The translations under genes were made by a program, and so were the position numbers. Positions 37,015 to 46,115 of a stretch of 53,928 nt of DNA are shown in pieces. A model generated the notes under the pieces. It was not told the DNA's origin, searched no databases, and was given only the letters and a program-made list of their open reading frames with translations. The stretch covers positions 1 through 53,928 of the IMG/VR virus record IMGVR_UViG_3300029309_000058; one strand, 5' to 3'. This stretch comes from a virus. Taxonomy: Duplodnaviria > Caudoviricetes. The stretch's first letter is position 1; the number at the start of each line of letters is the position of its first letter.

Positions 37015-37676
37015 TGCCTACATATACAACTAGAACCTTTCTCGACATTGTTAATCGTCTTTCTCCTAGTGTACCCGGATGTCCTACTCCTGTTATAGAG
37101 CAGTATGTTCGTGATGCTGCCATTGAAGCATGTGAACGTACTCTAGCTTGGCGTTATGAGCAGCCTAGTATACGGCTAGTACCCGGTGCACATGACTATG
37201 CGTATGAGACACCAGATGATGCCGAGGTTCATGCGTTTCTTACCGCTACAGTAAATGGGAGGGTAATGAAACCAATTACTATTGAACAGCTATACGACAT
37301 ATACCCTAAATGGCCTAATCAAGCTGCTAATGAACGAGCAGAACCATGTTATATAACACAGCTTGATCCTGACAACTTTTCTGTTGCACCTGTTCCAGAT
37401 AACAGTACAACATATGATGTAAAAATGATTGTTTGTCTAAAGCCTTTACGGACAGCAACTAAGATGGACAAGAAGTTTTTAGATGAACTAGAAAATGTTA
37501 TAATGCACGGAGCGTTACAGCATCTTCTAGTGCTACCCGATAGAACGTTTAGTGATAGGGAGTTAGCTTCTTATCATGCTAAACAGTTTGCATTTAAGTT
37601 ATCCGAGCGTAGAGCTAGAACTAACTTAGGTGCTGCAAAAGCATCTATGCGGGTGCAAGCACAGAAATTTGCGTGA
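37014..37676 (+). CDS. Tail adaptor / tubular protein
   Basis: VPGCP, AAIEAC, VAPVPD; position. Confidence 0.6.
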   Translation: MPTYTTRTFLDIVNRLSPSVPGCPTPVIEQYVRDAAIEACERTLAWRYEQPSIRLVPGAHDYAYETPDDAEVHAFLTATVNGRVMKPITIEQLYDIYPKWPNQAANERAEPCYITQLDPDNFSVAPVPDNSTTYDVKMIVCLKPLRTATKMDKKFLDELENVIMHGALQHLLVLPDRTFSDRELASYHAKQFAFKLSERRARTNLGAAKASMRVQAQKFA

Positions 37677-37684
37677 GGTGATTT

Positions 37685-38017
37685 ATGGCTGATGTTATTA
37701 GATTAGTAAAAGGAGATGAACTTCCGAATATTATAATTACTCTCACAGACGATGTTGCTAACGCACCTTTTAATGTGTCTGCTGCTACTACAACAGTAAA
37801 AGTAAATTTTAAAGCAGTAGGTGGTGCGACTACTCTAAGTACGATTACTTGCACTAACCTTACGGATGGTACAGATGGTAAAGTTCAATTTAACTTTGCT
37901 AACGGTGTTCTTGATGTAGACCCCGGTGAGTATCAAGGTGAAATTGTTGTAGATCAAAACGGAAGTCTACAAACAGTTTATGATGTATTAAGATTTAGAG
38001 TAAGGTCTAATTTTTAA
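37685..38017 (+). CDS. BppU-N-like structural protein
   Basis: KGD.LP, G.VQF, GEYQGEI, FRVR pattern. Confidence 0.55.
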   Translation: MADVIRLVKGDELPNIIITLTDDVANAPFNVSAATTTVKVNFKAVGGATTLSTITCTNLTDGTDGKVQFNFANGVLDVDPGEYQGEIVVDQNGSLQTVYDVLRFRVRSNF

Positions 38018-39360
38018 TGGCTAATGTAAAAGTATCTAGCTATATTGCAGCTACTATTATATCTGCTACTGTTTCAGTAAGCACTGTAAGCGCTTCTTAT
38101 GATTACAAAAGAGAAGCAATATCTATAGCCGCTAGAGCTTCTTCTATTAGTTTTACAACAGAGCTTGTGCCTATGAGGGCAATGGCTCCAGAAACTATAA
38201 CTGTAACTGATTTAACTCCTGTTCTTGAAGTAGACAAAGTTTCCGGTGATACTGTTACTGTATCTGAATCTCCTGTTATGTCTGTTGATATAATTAAAAC
38301 TGATTCAGTTACTATGCAGGATGTTCCAAATAAAATTATAAATTCTAGTATAGACTTTGACTTATCTGATCCTGATGTTGATCCAGACCCTATCAATATG
38401 TCTGATACTCAAGCATTTGATTTATCAAAGGCAGTTGCTGAGATTAATGAAGTAACAATAGGTGATCTACCGTCTAAACAACCAAACAAATTTCCTACAG
38501 ATAGTGTAACAATGGCTCAATCTTTTGGGCCATTTAACATTGGTAAAAACCCATCTGATTCTATAACTGTTTCTGAAAGTGATGTAAAAACTTTAACAAG
38601 ACCAAATATAACCGATTCCGCATCTATAGGTGATTCTCCTGCAAAAAACATTACACCAGCAGGTAAAACTGATTCTATATCAGTTGCTGATGTACCAGTT
38701 AAAAACATTACACCAGCAGGTAAAACTGATAGTGTTACAATGGCAGATAGTTTTGGGCCATTTACTATAGGTGTAAACCCTACAGATACTATAAATGCTA
38801 CAGAAAGTATTGCTACGCAACTAATATTAGGTGAGTCTAGTTATCTATACCCGACTAGATTTTCTGTATTTGATGGTGCAGAAACAGGTCAAGTTAAAGG
38901 ATATCATATAGGCAACAGTGATGTAGCGTCTCGTGTAGCTGATACTCAATACTTAATGAATGATGAGTTTGGCGTACTTAATGATCATTATATTGGTGGT
39001 GAAAACAGAGACGGTATAAGATTTTATAACAGAGTATTTGAGCAGGATCAATTTAGACTTAGAAATATTGACTACTCTGCACAGATAGCAAATGGTGATA
39101 GTTTACTAAACAGTGCAGTAATGTGGGATTCTGCTACTGATGGTGAAGGGATTAAAGAGTTTACAGGTATTATTGGGTCAGCAGGTTTAATTGGACAACC
39201 TATTGTAAACTCTGATACAATAACTTACGGTGAATTAGTAAATGCTGGACTATTAGTTAATTTTATATATACTGATACTAGTGATTCACCAACAACAGGT
39301 TCTCATGGGGTGAACGGGCATTTCTTAAATGAAACACCAATGGGAGCTGGATCACATTAA
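38017..39360 (+). CDS. Virion structural protein with ~17-19 aa DS[IV]T repeats
   Basis: Repeated DSVTM/DSITV units; exact 30-nt repeat at 38644 and 38701. Confidence 0.65.
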   Translation: MANVKVSSYIAATIISATVSVSTVSASYDYKREAISIAARASSISFTTELVPMRAMAPETITVTDLTPVLEVDKVSGDTVTVSESPVMSVDIIKTDSVTMQDVPNKIINSSIDFDLSDPDVDPDPINMSDTQAFDLSKAVAEINEVTIGDLPSKQPNKFPTDSVTMAQSFGPFNIGKNPSDSITVSESDVKTLTRPNITDSASIGDSPAKNITPAGKTDSISVADVPVKNITPAGKTDSVTMADSFGPFTIGVNPTDTINATESIATQLILGESSYLYPTRFSVFDGAETGQVKGYHIGNSDVASRVADTQYLMNDEFGVLNDHYIGGENRDGIRFYNRVFEQDQFRLRNIDYSAQIANGDSLLNSAVMWDSATDGEGIKEFTGIIGSAGLIGQPIVNSDTITYGELVNAGLLVNFIYTDTSDSPTTGSHGVNGHFLNETPMGAGSH

Positions 39361-39374
39361 AAGGAGATGGATAC

Positions 39375-39815
39375 ATGATAAATGATTCTATAAAGGTTAC
39401 GGGTGAATTAAAACTTACCCTTACACGACCTGACGGACATGTAAAACATGAGGTAATTATACCTAACCTTGTTGTTACAACAGGTAAAAATTACATAGCG
39501 TCACGGATGAAAGATGCAAGCGCTACGGCTATGAGCCATATGGCTATCGGAACTGGTAGTACAGCAGCGGCTGCAGGAAATACAGCTTTAGGTTCTGAAG
39601 CAGGTAGAGTAGCACTTACGTCTACTACTGTTTCTAACAGTGATGTAGCTTATGTTGCAACGTTCCCAGCAGGAACAGGCACAGGAGCTATTACAGAGGC
39701 TGGAATATTAAACGCAAGTTCAGGCGGTACACTATTATGCAGAACTGTTTTCAACGTTATTAACAAAGCAGCAGCTGACACATTAGGTATTACTTGGACA
39801 GTAACAGTAAGCTAA
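39375..39815 (+). CDS. Tail/baseplate structural protein
   Basis: NLVVTTG, MAIGTG, ITEAGI, VINK...L.ITWTV. Confidence 0.7.
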   Translation: MINDSIKVTGELKLTLTRPDGHVKHEVIIPNLVVTTGKNYIASRMKDASATAMSHMAIGTGSTAAAAGNTALGSEAGRVALTSTTVSNSDVAYVATFPAGTGTGAITEAGILNASSGGTLLCRTVFNVINKAAADTLGITWTVTVS

Positions 39816-39825
39816 GGAGTTAGAT

Positions 39826-40761
39826 ATGAGTGTCAAGTTTGCAAATAATGCCCATTCAACCTTAGCCTCTAGTATTTCTACTAGTGCAACTAGCATTACA
39901 GTTGCTAGTGGTCAGGGTGCTCGTTTTCCATCTCTTACGGGTAGTGAGTTTTTTTACGCAACCTTGATTGATACATCTAACAACCTTGAGATTGTAAAAG
40001 TTACAGCTAGGTCATCTGATGTTCTTACAGTAACTCGTGCTCAGGAAAGTACAACAGCTAGAGCTTTTGCTAGTGGCGATCGAATAGAACTTCGTGTTAC
40101 AGCGCAAGGTTTAGTTGATCTTAGAACTATTACAGCTGATGAAATTGTAAATTCTATGATTGCTACCGATGCTGTAAATGCAGATTCTATTGCAGCTAAC
40201 GCTGTAGGTGCTTCAGAAATTAATGTTTCTGGTAATGGTACTTCAGGTCAGGCTTTATTGTCCGATGGTGATGGTACGTTTTCTTTTGGTAATATAACTC
40301 AAAACTTTGTAAAGAGAACGTGTATAGGGCCTAACACTACTAGATATTCACACAGCAGCACTAGTGATAGTGGGAATGTTTGGTCAGGCAGTTTTACAAA
40401 AGTACATGACGATGCAACGTCAGCTATATATCTTACTTGGATGGCTCCTTCTTATGGCACTAACTCAGATTTTTCAGGTGTTTATTTTGATATAGACACA
40501 GGAACCACACATGGCACTGATGGTGCTGATGCTTTTTATGGTGTTGGTTATACAGACAACGGTGAACAAGCAATGCATTGGGGCCTTAAAAAAGTAGACC
40601 GTTCAAGTTTAGATGCTGGAACTCACAATGTAATATGGGGATGGAGGCCAAGAGGGGGAGGGTCTAATAGACCTGGTAATGTTTTAAACCCAAATAACGG
40701 AGATGATAGTAGAATACAAGCAAAAGCATTTTATTGTTTTGTTGATGAGATATTAAAGTAA
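39826..40761 (+). CDS. Tail fibre / receptor-binding protein 1
   Basis: N-terminal anchor shared with 41132; SGQALLSDGDG linker; variable C-domain. Confidence 0.7.
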   Translation: MSVKFANNAHSTLASSISTSATSITVASGQGARFPSLTGSEFFYATLIDTSNNLEIVKVTARSSDVLTVTRAQESTTARAFASGDRIELRVTAQGLVDLRTITADEIVNSMIATDAVNADSIAANAVGASEINVSGNGTSGQALLSDGDGTFSFGNITQNFVKRTCIGPNTTRYSHSSTSDSGNVWSGSFTKVHDDATSAIYLTWMAPSYGTNSDFSGVYFDIDTGTTHGTDGADAFYGVGYTDNGEQAMHWGLKKVDRSSLDAGTHNVIWGWRPRGGGSNRPGNVLNPNNGDDSRIQAKAFYCFVDEILK

Positions 40762-40774
40762 GGAGGTATGTAGT

Positions 40775-41122
40775 ATGGCAATATACAATGGATATAGATG
40801 GCATGAAGACGAAAACAATAAAAGAACTAAGGTTCATATTGATGATGCTCTTTGTGCGTTTGATAATTTTATAGGTTATCAAGGAGAACCACCAACAACC
40901 GCAACAGAGTTTAAAAACTTAAAACCTATGGGTGGAACAAAAAGTAAAACTGTTTGGAAAGAAGATACAACTGCACCAACTTGGACAGAGGTACAAACAA
41001 AACAAACAGAACTAACTACTAAAGCTCAAACTGATATAGATAATAAAATTTCTGCTTATAGAAAACTATCTATGACAGATGATGAAATCAATGCTCTTGA
41101 TCCAAACCTACTTCAAGAATAG
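40775..41122 (+). CDS. Tail fibre-associated chaperone-like protein
   Basis: Follows fibre 1; PTWTEV motif. Confidence 0.5.
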   Translation: MAIYNGYRWHEDENNKRTKVHIDDALCAFDNFIGYQGEPPTTATEFKNLKPMGGTKSKTVWKEDTTAPTWTEVQTKQTELTTKAQTDIDNKISAYRKLSMTDDEINALDPNLLQE

Positions 41123-41131
41123 GAGTCTAGC

Positions 41132-42634
41132 ATGGGAGTTAAAGTAACAAATAACGGGTTCGGAACTCTTTCAGCAGGTATTAATAGTTCTGCCACTACA
41201 GTTACTGTCGACTCTGGACAAGGTGCTCGATTTCCAACTTTAGGTAGTGGTGATTTTTTCTTTGCTACTCTTGTTGACACATCCAATAATCTTGAAATTA
41301 TAAAAGTTACAGCTCGTTCTACTGATTCTATGACAGTTGTACGAGCACAAGATAATACTACAGCTAGTTCTTTTTCTATCGGTGATAGGATAGAACTCAG
41401 ACCTACCGCTGCATTATTTGAAACTATTTTAAGTCAAGGAACTGAAGTTGTAAATGATACCTCTCCGGTTCTTGGCGGTAATCTTGATTTAGATAGCAAT
41501 GATATAAGCGATGGTACACTTCTATTAAATAGTGGACGTATTCGTTTTCCTAATGCTAGTTCTAATCCCGGCTCTCCAAATACAGGAGATGCGTACTATA
41601 ATACTAGTGAAAAAGTAGTAAGACATTGGAATGGTACTCAATGGATTCAAATGTCTAATACCTTTTCAGCTACTGGTGGTACTGAATCAACAGCTACTAT
41701 TAGCGGAACAACCTATAAAATACATACTTTTACTTCGTCAGGAACTTTTGTAGTACAATCTGGAACTGGTAATGTAGAATATTTAGTAGTTGCTGGAGGC
41801 GGATCAGGCGGTATCCAACACTCTGGAGGTGGCGGCGCAGGCGGTTTTAGAACTAATGTGTCAGGAGCTACTTCTGGTGGGGGCGGTTCTGCTGAAGCAG
41901 CAGTGACAGTTTCACCGGGTTCTTTTGTTGTAACTGTTGGTGCTGGCGGTGCAAAAAATACAGCTTTAGGAAACAGCAACGGCACAAGAGGAAACAACGG
42001 TGGTAATTCGTCTATTGGTTTTTCATCAGCCATAACTTCTATTGGCGGCGGAAGAGGCGGACGTTATTCTAATGTTGCTGGTGACTCAGGCGGCTCTGGC
42101 GGTGGCGGAGGAACAGACAGTTCTTCTGGCGGTGCTGGTACGGCAAATCAAGGTTTTGCTGGTGGAGCTAGTAACGGCCCTAACCACGGAGCTACATATG
42201 GCGGAGGCGGCGGAGGCGGCGGCGCTGGCGCAGTAGGAAATGGTGGGAATAATAATAGTTCTGCTACTGGTGATGGAGGAGTTGGTGTTCAATCTAATAT
42301 TGATGGAGGCAACCACTTTTACGCTGGAGGCGGTGGAGGTGCAAGAGTTGTAAATAGTGGATTAAATGGTTCAAGGTCAGGAAATGGCGGCGCAGGCGGC
42401 GGAGGCGGAGCAGGCGATGGCTCAGCTTCTAGTGCTAGTGCCGGAACTGGTGGTTCTGGCCGAAATACTGGTGCTAATGGTCTTCCTGCTTCTGGAAATG
42501 GAGCACCTGCTAATGCATCGCCCGGCGGAAACGGTGGCGCAAATACTGGTGGCGGAGGCGGTTCGTCTGGACGATTCGATTCTTTAGCTGGAAATGGTGG
42601 CTCTGGAATTGTTATTATAAGGTACGAGGTATAA
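41132..42634 (+). CDS. Tail fibre 2 with Gly-rich domain
   Basis: Same anchor; DTSPVLGGNLD; ATGG..YKIHTFTSSGTF; GGSGIVIIRY. Confidence 0.78.
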   Translation: MGVKVTNNGFGTLSAGINSSATTVTVDSGQGARFPTLGSGDFFFATLVDTSNNLEIIKVTARSTDSMTVVRAQDNTTASSFSIGDRIELRPTAALFETILSQGTEVVNDTSPVLGGNLDLDSNDISDGTLLLNSGRIRFPNASSNPGSPNTGDAYYNTSEKVVRHWNGTQWIQMSNTFSATGGTESTATISGTTYKIHTFTSSGTFVVQSGTGNVEYLVVAGGGSGGIQHSGGGGAGGFRTNVSGATSGGGGSAEAAVTVSPGSFVVTVGAGGAKNTALGNSNGTRGNNGGNSSIGFSSAITSIGGGRGGRYSNVAGDSGGSGGGGGTDSSSGGAGTANQGFAGGASNGPNHGATYGGGGGGGGAGAVGNGGNNNSSATGDGGVGVQSNIDGGNHFYAGGGGGARVVNSGLNGSRSGNGGAGGGGGAGDGSASSASAGTGGSGRNTGANGLPASGNGAPANASPGGNGGANTGGGGGSSGRFDSLAGNGGSGIVIIRYEV

Positions 42635-42637
42635 AAT

Positions 42638-42991
42638 ATGGCTCATTATGCAAAAGTATTAGATGGAAAGGTATTAGAAGTAATTGTTGCTGAGAAAGAA
42701 TTTATTGATAGCTATGTAGATACTGTACCGGGAGAATGGATACAAACTTCATATAATACATTTGGTAATAAACACCAACTAGGAGGAACTCCTCTAAGAA
42801 AAAATTATGCAGCAGTCGGCGGAAATTATGATAAAGAAGGTGATTTCTTTTATGCTGAACAACCTTTTCCAAGTTGGTTATTATCAAAAGATACTGGATT
42901 GTGGGAACCCCCCGTTTCTTACCCTGATGACGGAAAAGAATACGTTTGGAATGAAGATAAAAAATCTTGGGATGAAGTAGATTATCTATGA
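42638..42991 (+). CDS. Partner of the Gly-rich fibre
   Basis: MAHYAK, WIQTSYN, RKNYA, PFPSW, WEPP.YP, W.E...W. Confidence 0.65.
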   Translation: MAHYAKVLDGKVLEVIVAEKEFIDSYVDTVPGEWIQTSYNTFGNKHQLGGTPLRKNYAAVGGNYDKEGDFFYAEQPFPSWLLSKDTGLWEPPVSYPDDGKEYVWNEDKKSWDEVDYL

Positions 42992-43155
42992 AAAAAGAAA
43001 TAAAAAGAACACCTCTTGTTATGATGCCCGATGGCAAATTTTTACGAGGCGATGAGTTTGTAAGCGAGGGAGTCGTTGTTGATGAACCACCGCTTTATGA
43101 AAAGCCGCCAGTCGTTGAAGACCAAACAGCAGCGGCGAAAGGTGAAGATGAGTAA
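42988..43155 (+). CDS. Hypothetical protein (55 aa)
   Basis: ATGA overlap; fills the gap. Confidence 0.55.
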   Translation: MKKEIKRTPLVMMPDGKFLRGDEFVSEGVVVDEPPLYEKPPVVEDQTAAAKGEDE

Positions 43156-43330
43156 AAAACGTATGACAACAGCAGAGATTAATACCGAGTTACTACAGCA
43201 TGAGGCTGTGTGTGCTGAACGGTATGAAATGATTCTGTTTAGAATTAACAGATTAGAGCGTGTGTTACTAGGATCAGCAGGTGCTATTATAGTAATACTA
43301 CTTTCTATAATTGTAACCCTAACAACATAA
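43148..43330 (+). CDS. Small coiled-coil + TM protein (XhlA-like)
   Basis: HEAVCAERY..I..RLE then C-terminal TM. Confidence 0.6.
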   Translation: MSKKRMTTAEINTELLQHEAVCAERYEMILFRINRLERVLLGSAGAIIVILLSIIVTLTT

Positions 43331-43342
43331 GGAGGTGATCAA

Positions 43343-43555
43343 ATGCCGGGTTTTAAAATGAAAGATAAAAAGAAGCTGAAGATGGGCACACAGCTGTATG
43401 GCTATGGCGGTGAAGTAAAGAAGAAAAAGAAAGTCATGTATAAAGATGGTAGAGAAGTACCTGAGTTGACTTCAGCGCAGATGAAATTACCAGCTGCATT
43501 AAAAGATCAGATTATTCGATCAAAGAAAAAAGATATGGATAAGAAGAAAGGTTAG
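43343..43555 (+). CDS. Lys-rich small protein
   Basis: AAGGAGGT RBS; YGYGGEV. Confidence 0.7.
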   Translation: MPGFKMKDKKKLKMGTQLYGYGGEVKKKKKVMYKDGREVPELTSAQMKLPAALKDQIIRSKKKDMDKKKG

Positions 43556-43564
43556 GTATGTCCT

Positions 43565-44035
43565 GTGTTAGAATATGTAGCAGCAGCAAATGCGGCATAT
43601 GCCGTTATCCGCAAGGCAGTTGAAAACGGCCGCGAACTAACTTCTGTTGGTAAACAGATTGCGGCTTTTACACATGCTACAGATGATCTAGCCAAACATG
43701 CAAACAAGAAAAAGAACAGTATATGGTCAAACTTTACTGGAAAGGATGAGAGCGATTTAGAAGAGTTTATGGCTCTTGAGGAAATAAAACAAAAAGAAAA
43801 TGAACTAAAACAAATGATGATATATCTAGGCAGACCCGGTTTACATAGTGATTATGTAAGGTTTTGCGTAGAGGCTAGGAAGAAAAGGCAAGAGGCAGCA
43901 AAAGAAAAAGAACGACAGTGGGCTTCGTTTGTAGAAAGTTTTCAAACATGGTTCTTAATAATATTGTTTGTGGTATTAGGGTTAGGAATTTTAGTAGGTG
44001 GCGTTTGGATTCTTAGATATAAAGGAATTATTTGA
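43565..44035 (+). CDS. Membrane-anchored hypothetical protein
   Basis: Coiled coil with C-terminal TM. Confidence 0.7.
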   Translation: MLEYVAAANAAYAVIRKAVENGRELTSVGKQIAAFTHATDDLAKHANKKKNSIWSNFTGKDESDLEEFMALEEIKQKENELKQMMIYLGRPGLHSDYVRFCVEARKKRQEAAKEKERQWASFVESFQTWFLIILFVVLGLGILVGGVWILRYKGII

Positions 44036-44358
44036 TGCCAAAGAAACTACAAAAAGAATCTATATATGCTGAGTATGATCAAGATGGTGACGGTATAGTT
44101 ACTGATGAAGAACTTGGTCATGTCAAAGAAATTAAACAAACAGAAGATGCTTCACGAAAAAACCTAGCTCAACTTAGGATGGCTAGGTTTTCTTTAATTG
44201 CAATGGGTGTATTTACTGCAGCTATGTTTTTTATACCAATAGAAAGAGTTAACGCATTAGCTGATATTAGTAATTTATTTTACCTTACAGGTGGTGGTGT
44301 GGTTGCTACCTATATGGGGACGACTGCTTGGACACAACGCAGTACGAACGGGAAATGA
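44035..44358 (+). CDS. EF-hand-like loop + 2 TM protein
   Basis: DQDGDGIVTDEE; two hydrophobic helices. Confidence 0.65.
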   Translation: MPKKLQKESIYAEYDQDGDGIVTDEELGHVKEIKQTEDASRKNLAQLRMARFSLIAMGVFTAAMFFIPIERVNALADISNLFYLTGGGVVATYMGTTAWTQRSTNGK

Positions 44359-44555
44359 TAACAGTGTTTGCATTGTATGTATATGCAGGTGCTTCACTAC
44401 AACCACCAATAACTTATTGGTATGATGTTAATAGGTGTAGGTATTTCGCTGGTAGATTAATGCGCCAGCCCCCTATACCGGGCGAAAAAAAGCAAAAGAT
44501 TACTGCTGTGTGTAAACTACAACAAGTAAAAAAGGGTACTGAAATTTACAAATAA
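44355..44555 (+). CDS. Small two-Cys exported-type protein
   Basis: ATGA overlap; hydrophobic N-terminus, C...C. Confidence 0.55.
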   Translation: MITVFALYVYAGASLQPPITYWYDVNRCRYFAGRLMRQPPIPGEKKQKITAVCKLQQVKKGTEIYK

Positions 44556-44573
44556 GTGGTATAAAAAGATGAT

Positions 44574-44984
44574 ATGGCTACAAAATTAAGTGAAAACACC
44601 GAGGTATCTTTACCACTTCGTAATATGATAAGCCTGATTGCAGGCGCTGCGTTAGCAACATGGGCATATTTTGGTATTGTAGAAAGGTTAAATACTCTTG
44701 AAACTAGAATTACTTTGATGGAGTCTGATTTAGAAAAAAACACAGAGTTTCGAATTAAATGGCCTAGAGGTGAAATGGGCAGCTTACCTGCAGATTCTGA
44801 GCAGTTTATGCTTATTGAACATTTAGCAAAAGAATTAGAAAAGTTACAGATGCAGATAGAAAGTGGAAAAGCTCCATTTGACCAACAACAAAAATTAACC
44901 TTGGAGTTTTATGAAAAAAGAATTAACGATTTAGAAGATAGAATAGAAAAACTTAGGTCTAACGGATATGGAGATTCGCAATGA
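44574..44984 (+). CDS. TM + coiled-coil hypothetical protein
   Basis: SENT.VSLPLRN, TM helix, heptads. Confidence 0.7.
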   Translation: MATKLSENTEVSLPLRNMISLIAGAALATWAYFGIVERLNTLETRITLMESDLEKNTEFRIKWPRGEMGSLPADSEQFMLIEHLAKELEKLQMQIESGKAPFDQQQKLTLEFYEKRINDLEDRIEKLRSNGYGDSQ

Positions 44985-45205
44985 TTGAGTTAGTTTTTGT
45001 TTTACTTCTATATAGTAACGGAGAAGCTATAGAATACACACCCTATGATAGATTATCAGAGTGTTTGTCTACAAAAAGGACAATTAAACGTAACGTTAAC
45101 GGCGGTGTAAACTTTGATAACCAGTGGAAATGTAAAGAATTAAAAGTAAAGCTGGAAAAAAATTCAGATGGGAGTTATGATATAGTAGAACTTATTGAGG
45201 AGTAA
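44981..45205 (+). CDS. Small two-Cys exported-type protein
   Basis: Hydrophobic N-terminus; LSECL..KR..WKC. Confidence 0.6.
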   Translation: MIELVFVLLLYSNGEAIEYTPYDRLSECLSTKRTIKRNVNGGVNFDNQWKCKELKVKLEKNSDGSYDIVELIEE

Positions 45206-45207
45206 TT

Positions 45208-45603
45208 ATGTTACAAAGTCTAATAGGGCCAGTCACTGGTTTACTTGACAAGTTTGTAGAAGACAAAGATCAAAAAGCTAAGTTGGCACATGACTTGGCT
45301 ACAATGGCAGATAAACATGCCCAGCAGATAGCGCTCGCCCAGATTGAGGTCAATAAGGCTGAAGCAGCATCTGGTTCACTATTCAAAGGCGGTTGGCGTC
45401 CAGCAGTTGGCTGGGTCTGTGCGGTTGCTTTTGCATACCATTTTATCGTAAAAGACCTAATTATATTTGGTGCATCTTTTGCTGGTGCAGAACTACCTGA
45501 GTTACCTGAATTTGACATGGGTACACTCCTAACTGTTTTGGGCGGCATGCTCGGAATCGGAGGACTTAGGACATATGAAAAGCAAAAGGGAATCACTAAA
45601 TGA
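45208..45603 (+). CDS. Holin (3TM GTA-holin type)
   Basis: NKAEA, GWRPAVGWVC, GMLGIGGLRTYEK. Confidence 0.85.
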   Translation: MLQSLIGPVTGLLDKFVEDKDQKAKLAHDLATMADKHAQQIALAQIEVNKAEAASGSLFKGGWRPAVGWVCAVAFAYHFIVKDLIIFGASFAGAELPELPEFDMGTLLTVLGGMLGIGGLRTYEKQKGITK

Positions 45604-46115
45604 GAGAAAACTTTGATAAATCACTACAGCTTCTGTTGAAACACGAGGGCGGATTCGTAAACCACGAACGCGATCCCGGGGGTATGACAAACCTTGGAGT
45701 TACTAAGAAAGTTTATGAAGAATGGTTAGGATACGAAGTCGATAAACAAGATATGATGAAGCTTACACCAGAAGATGTTGCTCCAATATATCTCAATAAC
45801 TACTGGATAAAAGCAGGCTGTGATGAACTACCTTCCGGTTTGGACTACGTTACGTTCGATTGGGCTGTTAATTCTGGAGTAAGCAGAAGTTCTAAAGGTG
45901 TACAAAAATGTTGTGGCGCTAGCCCGGACGGCGTAATAGGGCCAAAGACATTAGAACTTGTTGCAGGGCAAGACACAAAATATATGATAGAAAAGTTTAA
46001 AGAAATAAGGCAAAGTTTTTATGAGGGTCTAAACCACTTTGATGCGTTTGGTAGGGGTTGGACTAGGCGAAACGATGAGGCAACAGAGGTTGCACTAAAA
46101 ATGGTTGAGGAATAA
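45600..46115 (+). CDS. Endolysin, glycoside hydrolase family 108 + peptidoglycan-binding domain
   Basis: HEGGFVNH.RDPGG.TNLGVT; FDWAVNSG; DGVIGPKT; FGRGW.RR. Confidence 0.92.
   Translation: MRENFDKSLQLLLKHEGGFVNHERDPGGMTNLGVTKKVYEEWLGYEVDKQDMMKLTPEDVAPIYLNNYWIKAGCDELPSGLDYVTFDWAVNSGVSRSSKGVQKCCGASPDGVIGPKTLELVAGQDTKYMIEKFKEIRQSFYEGLNHFDAFGRGWTRRNDEATEVALKMVEE

Noticed and set aside
41800-42610. GGC/GGT-rich low-complexity DNA as a repeat element
   Set aside because: Simply encodes the Gly-rich fibre domain
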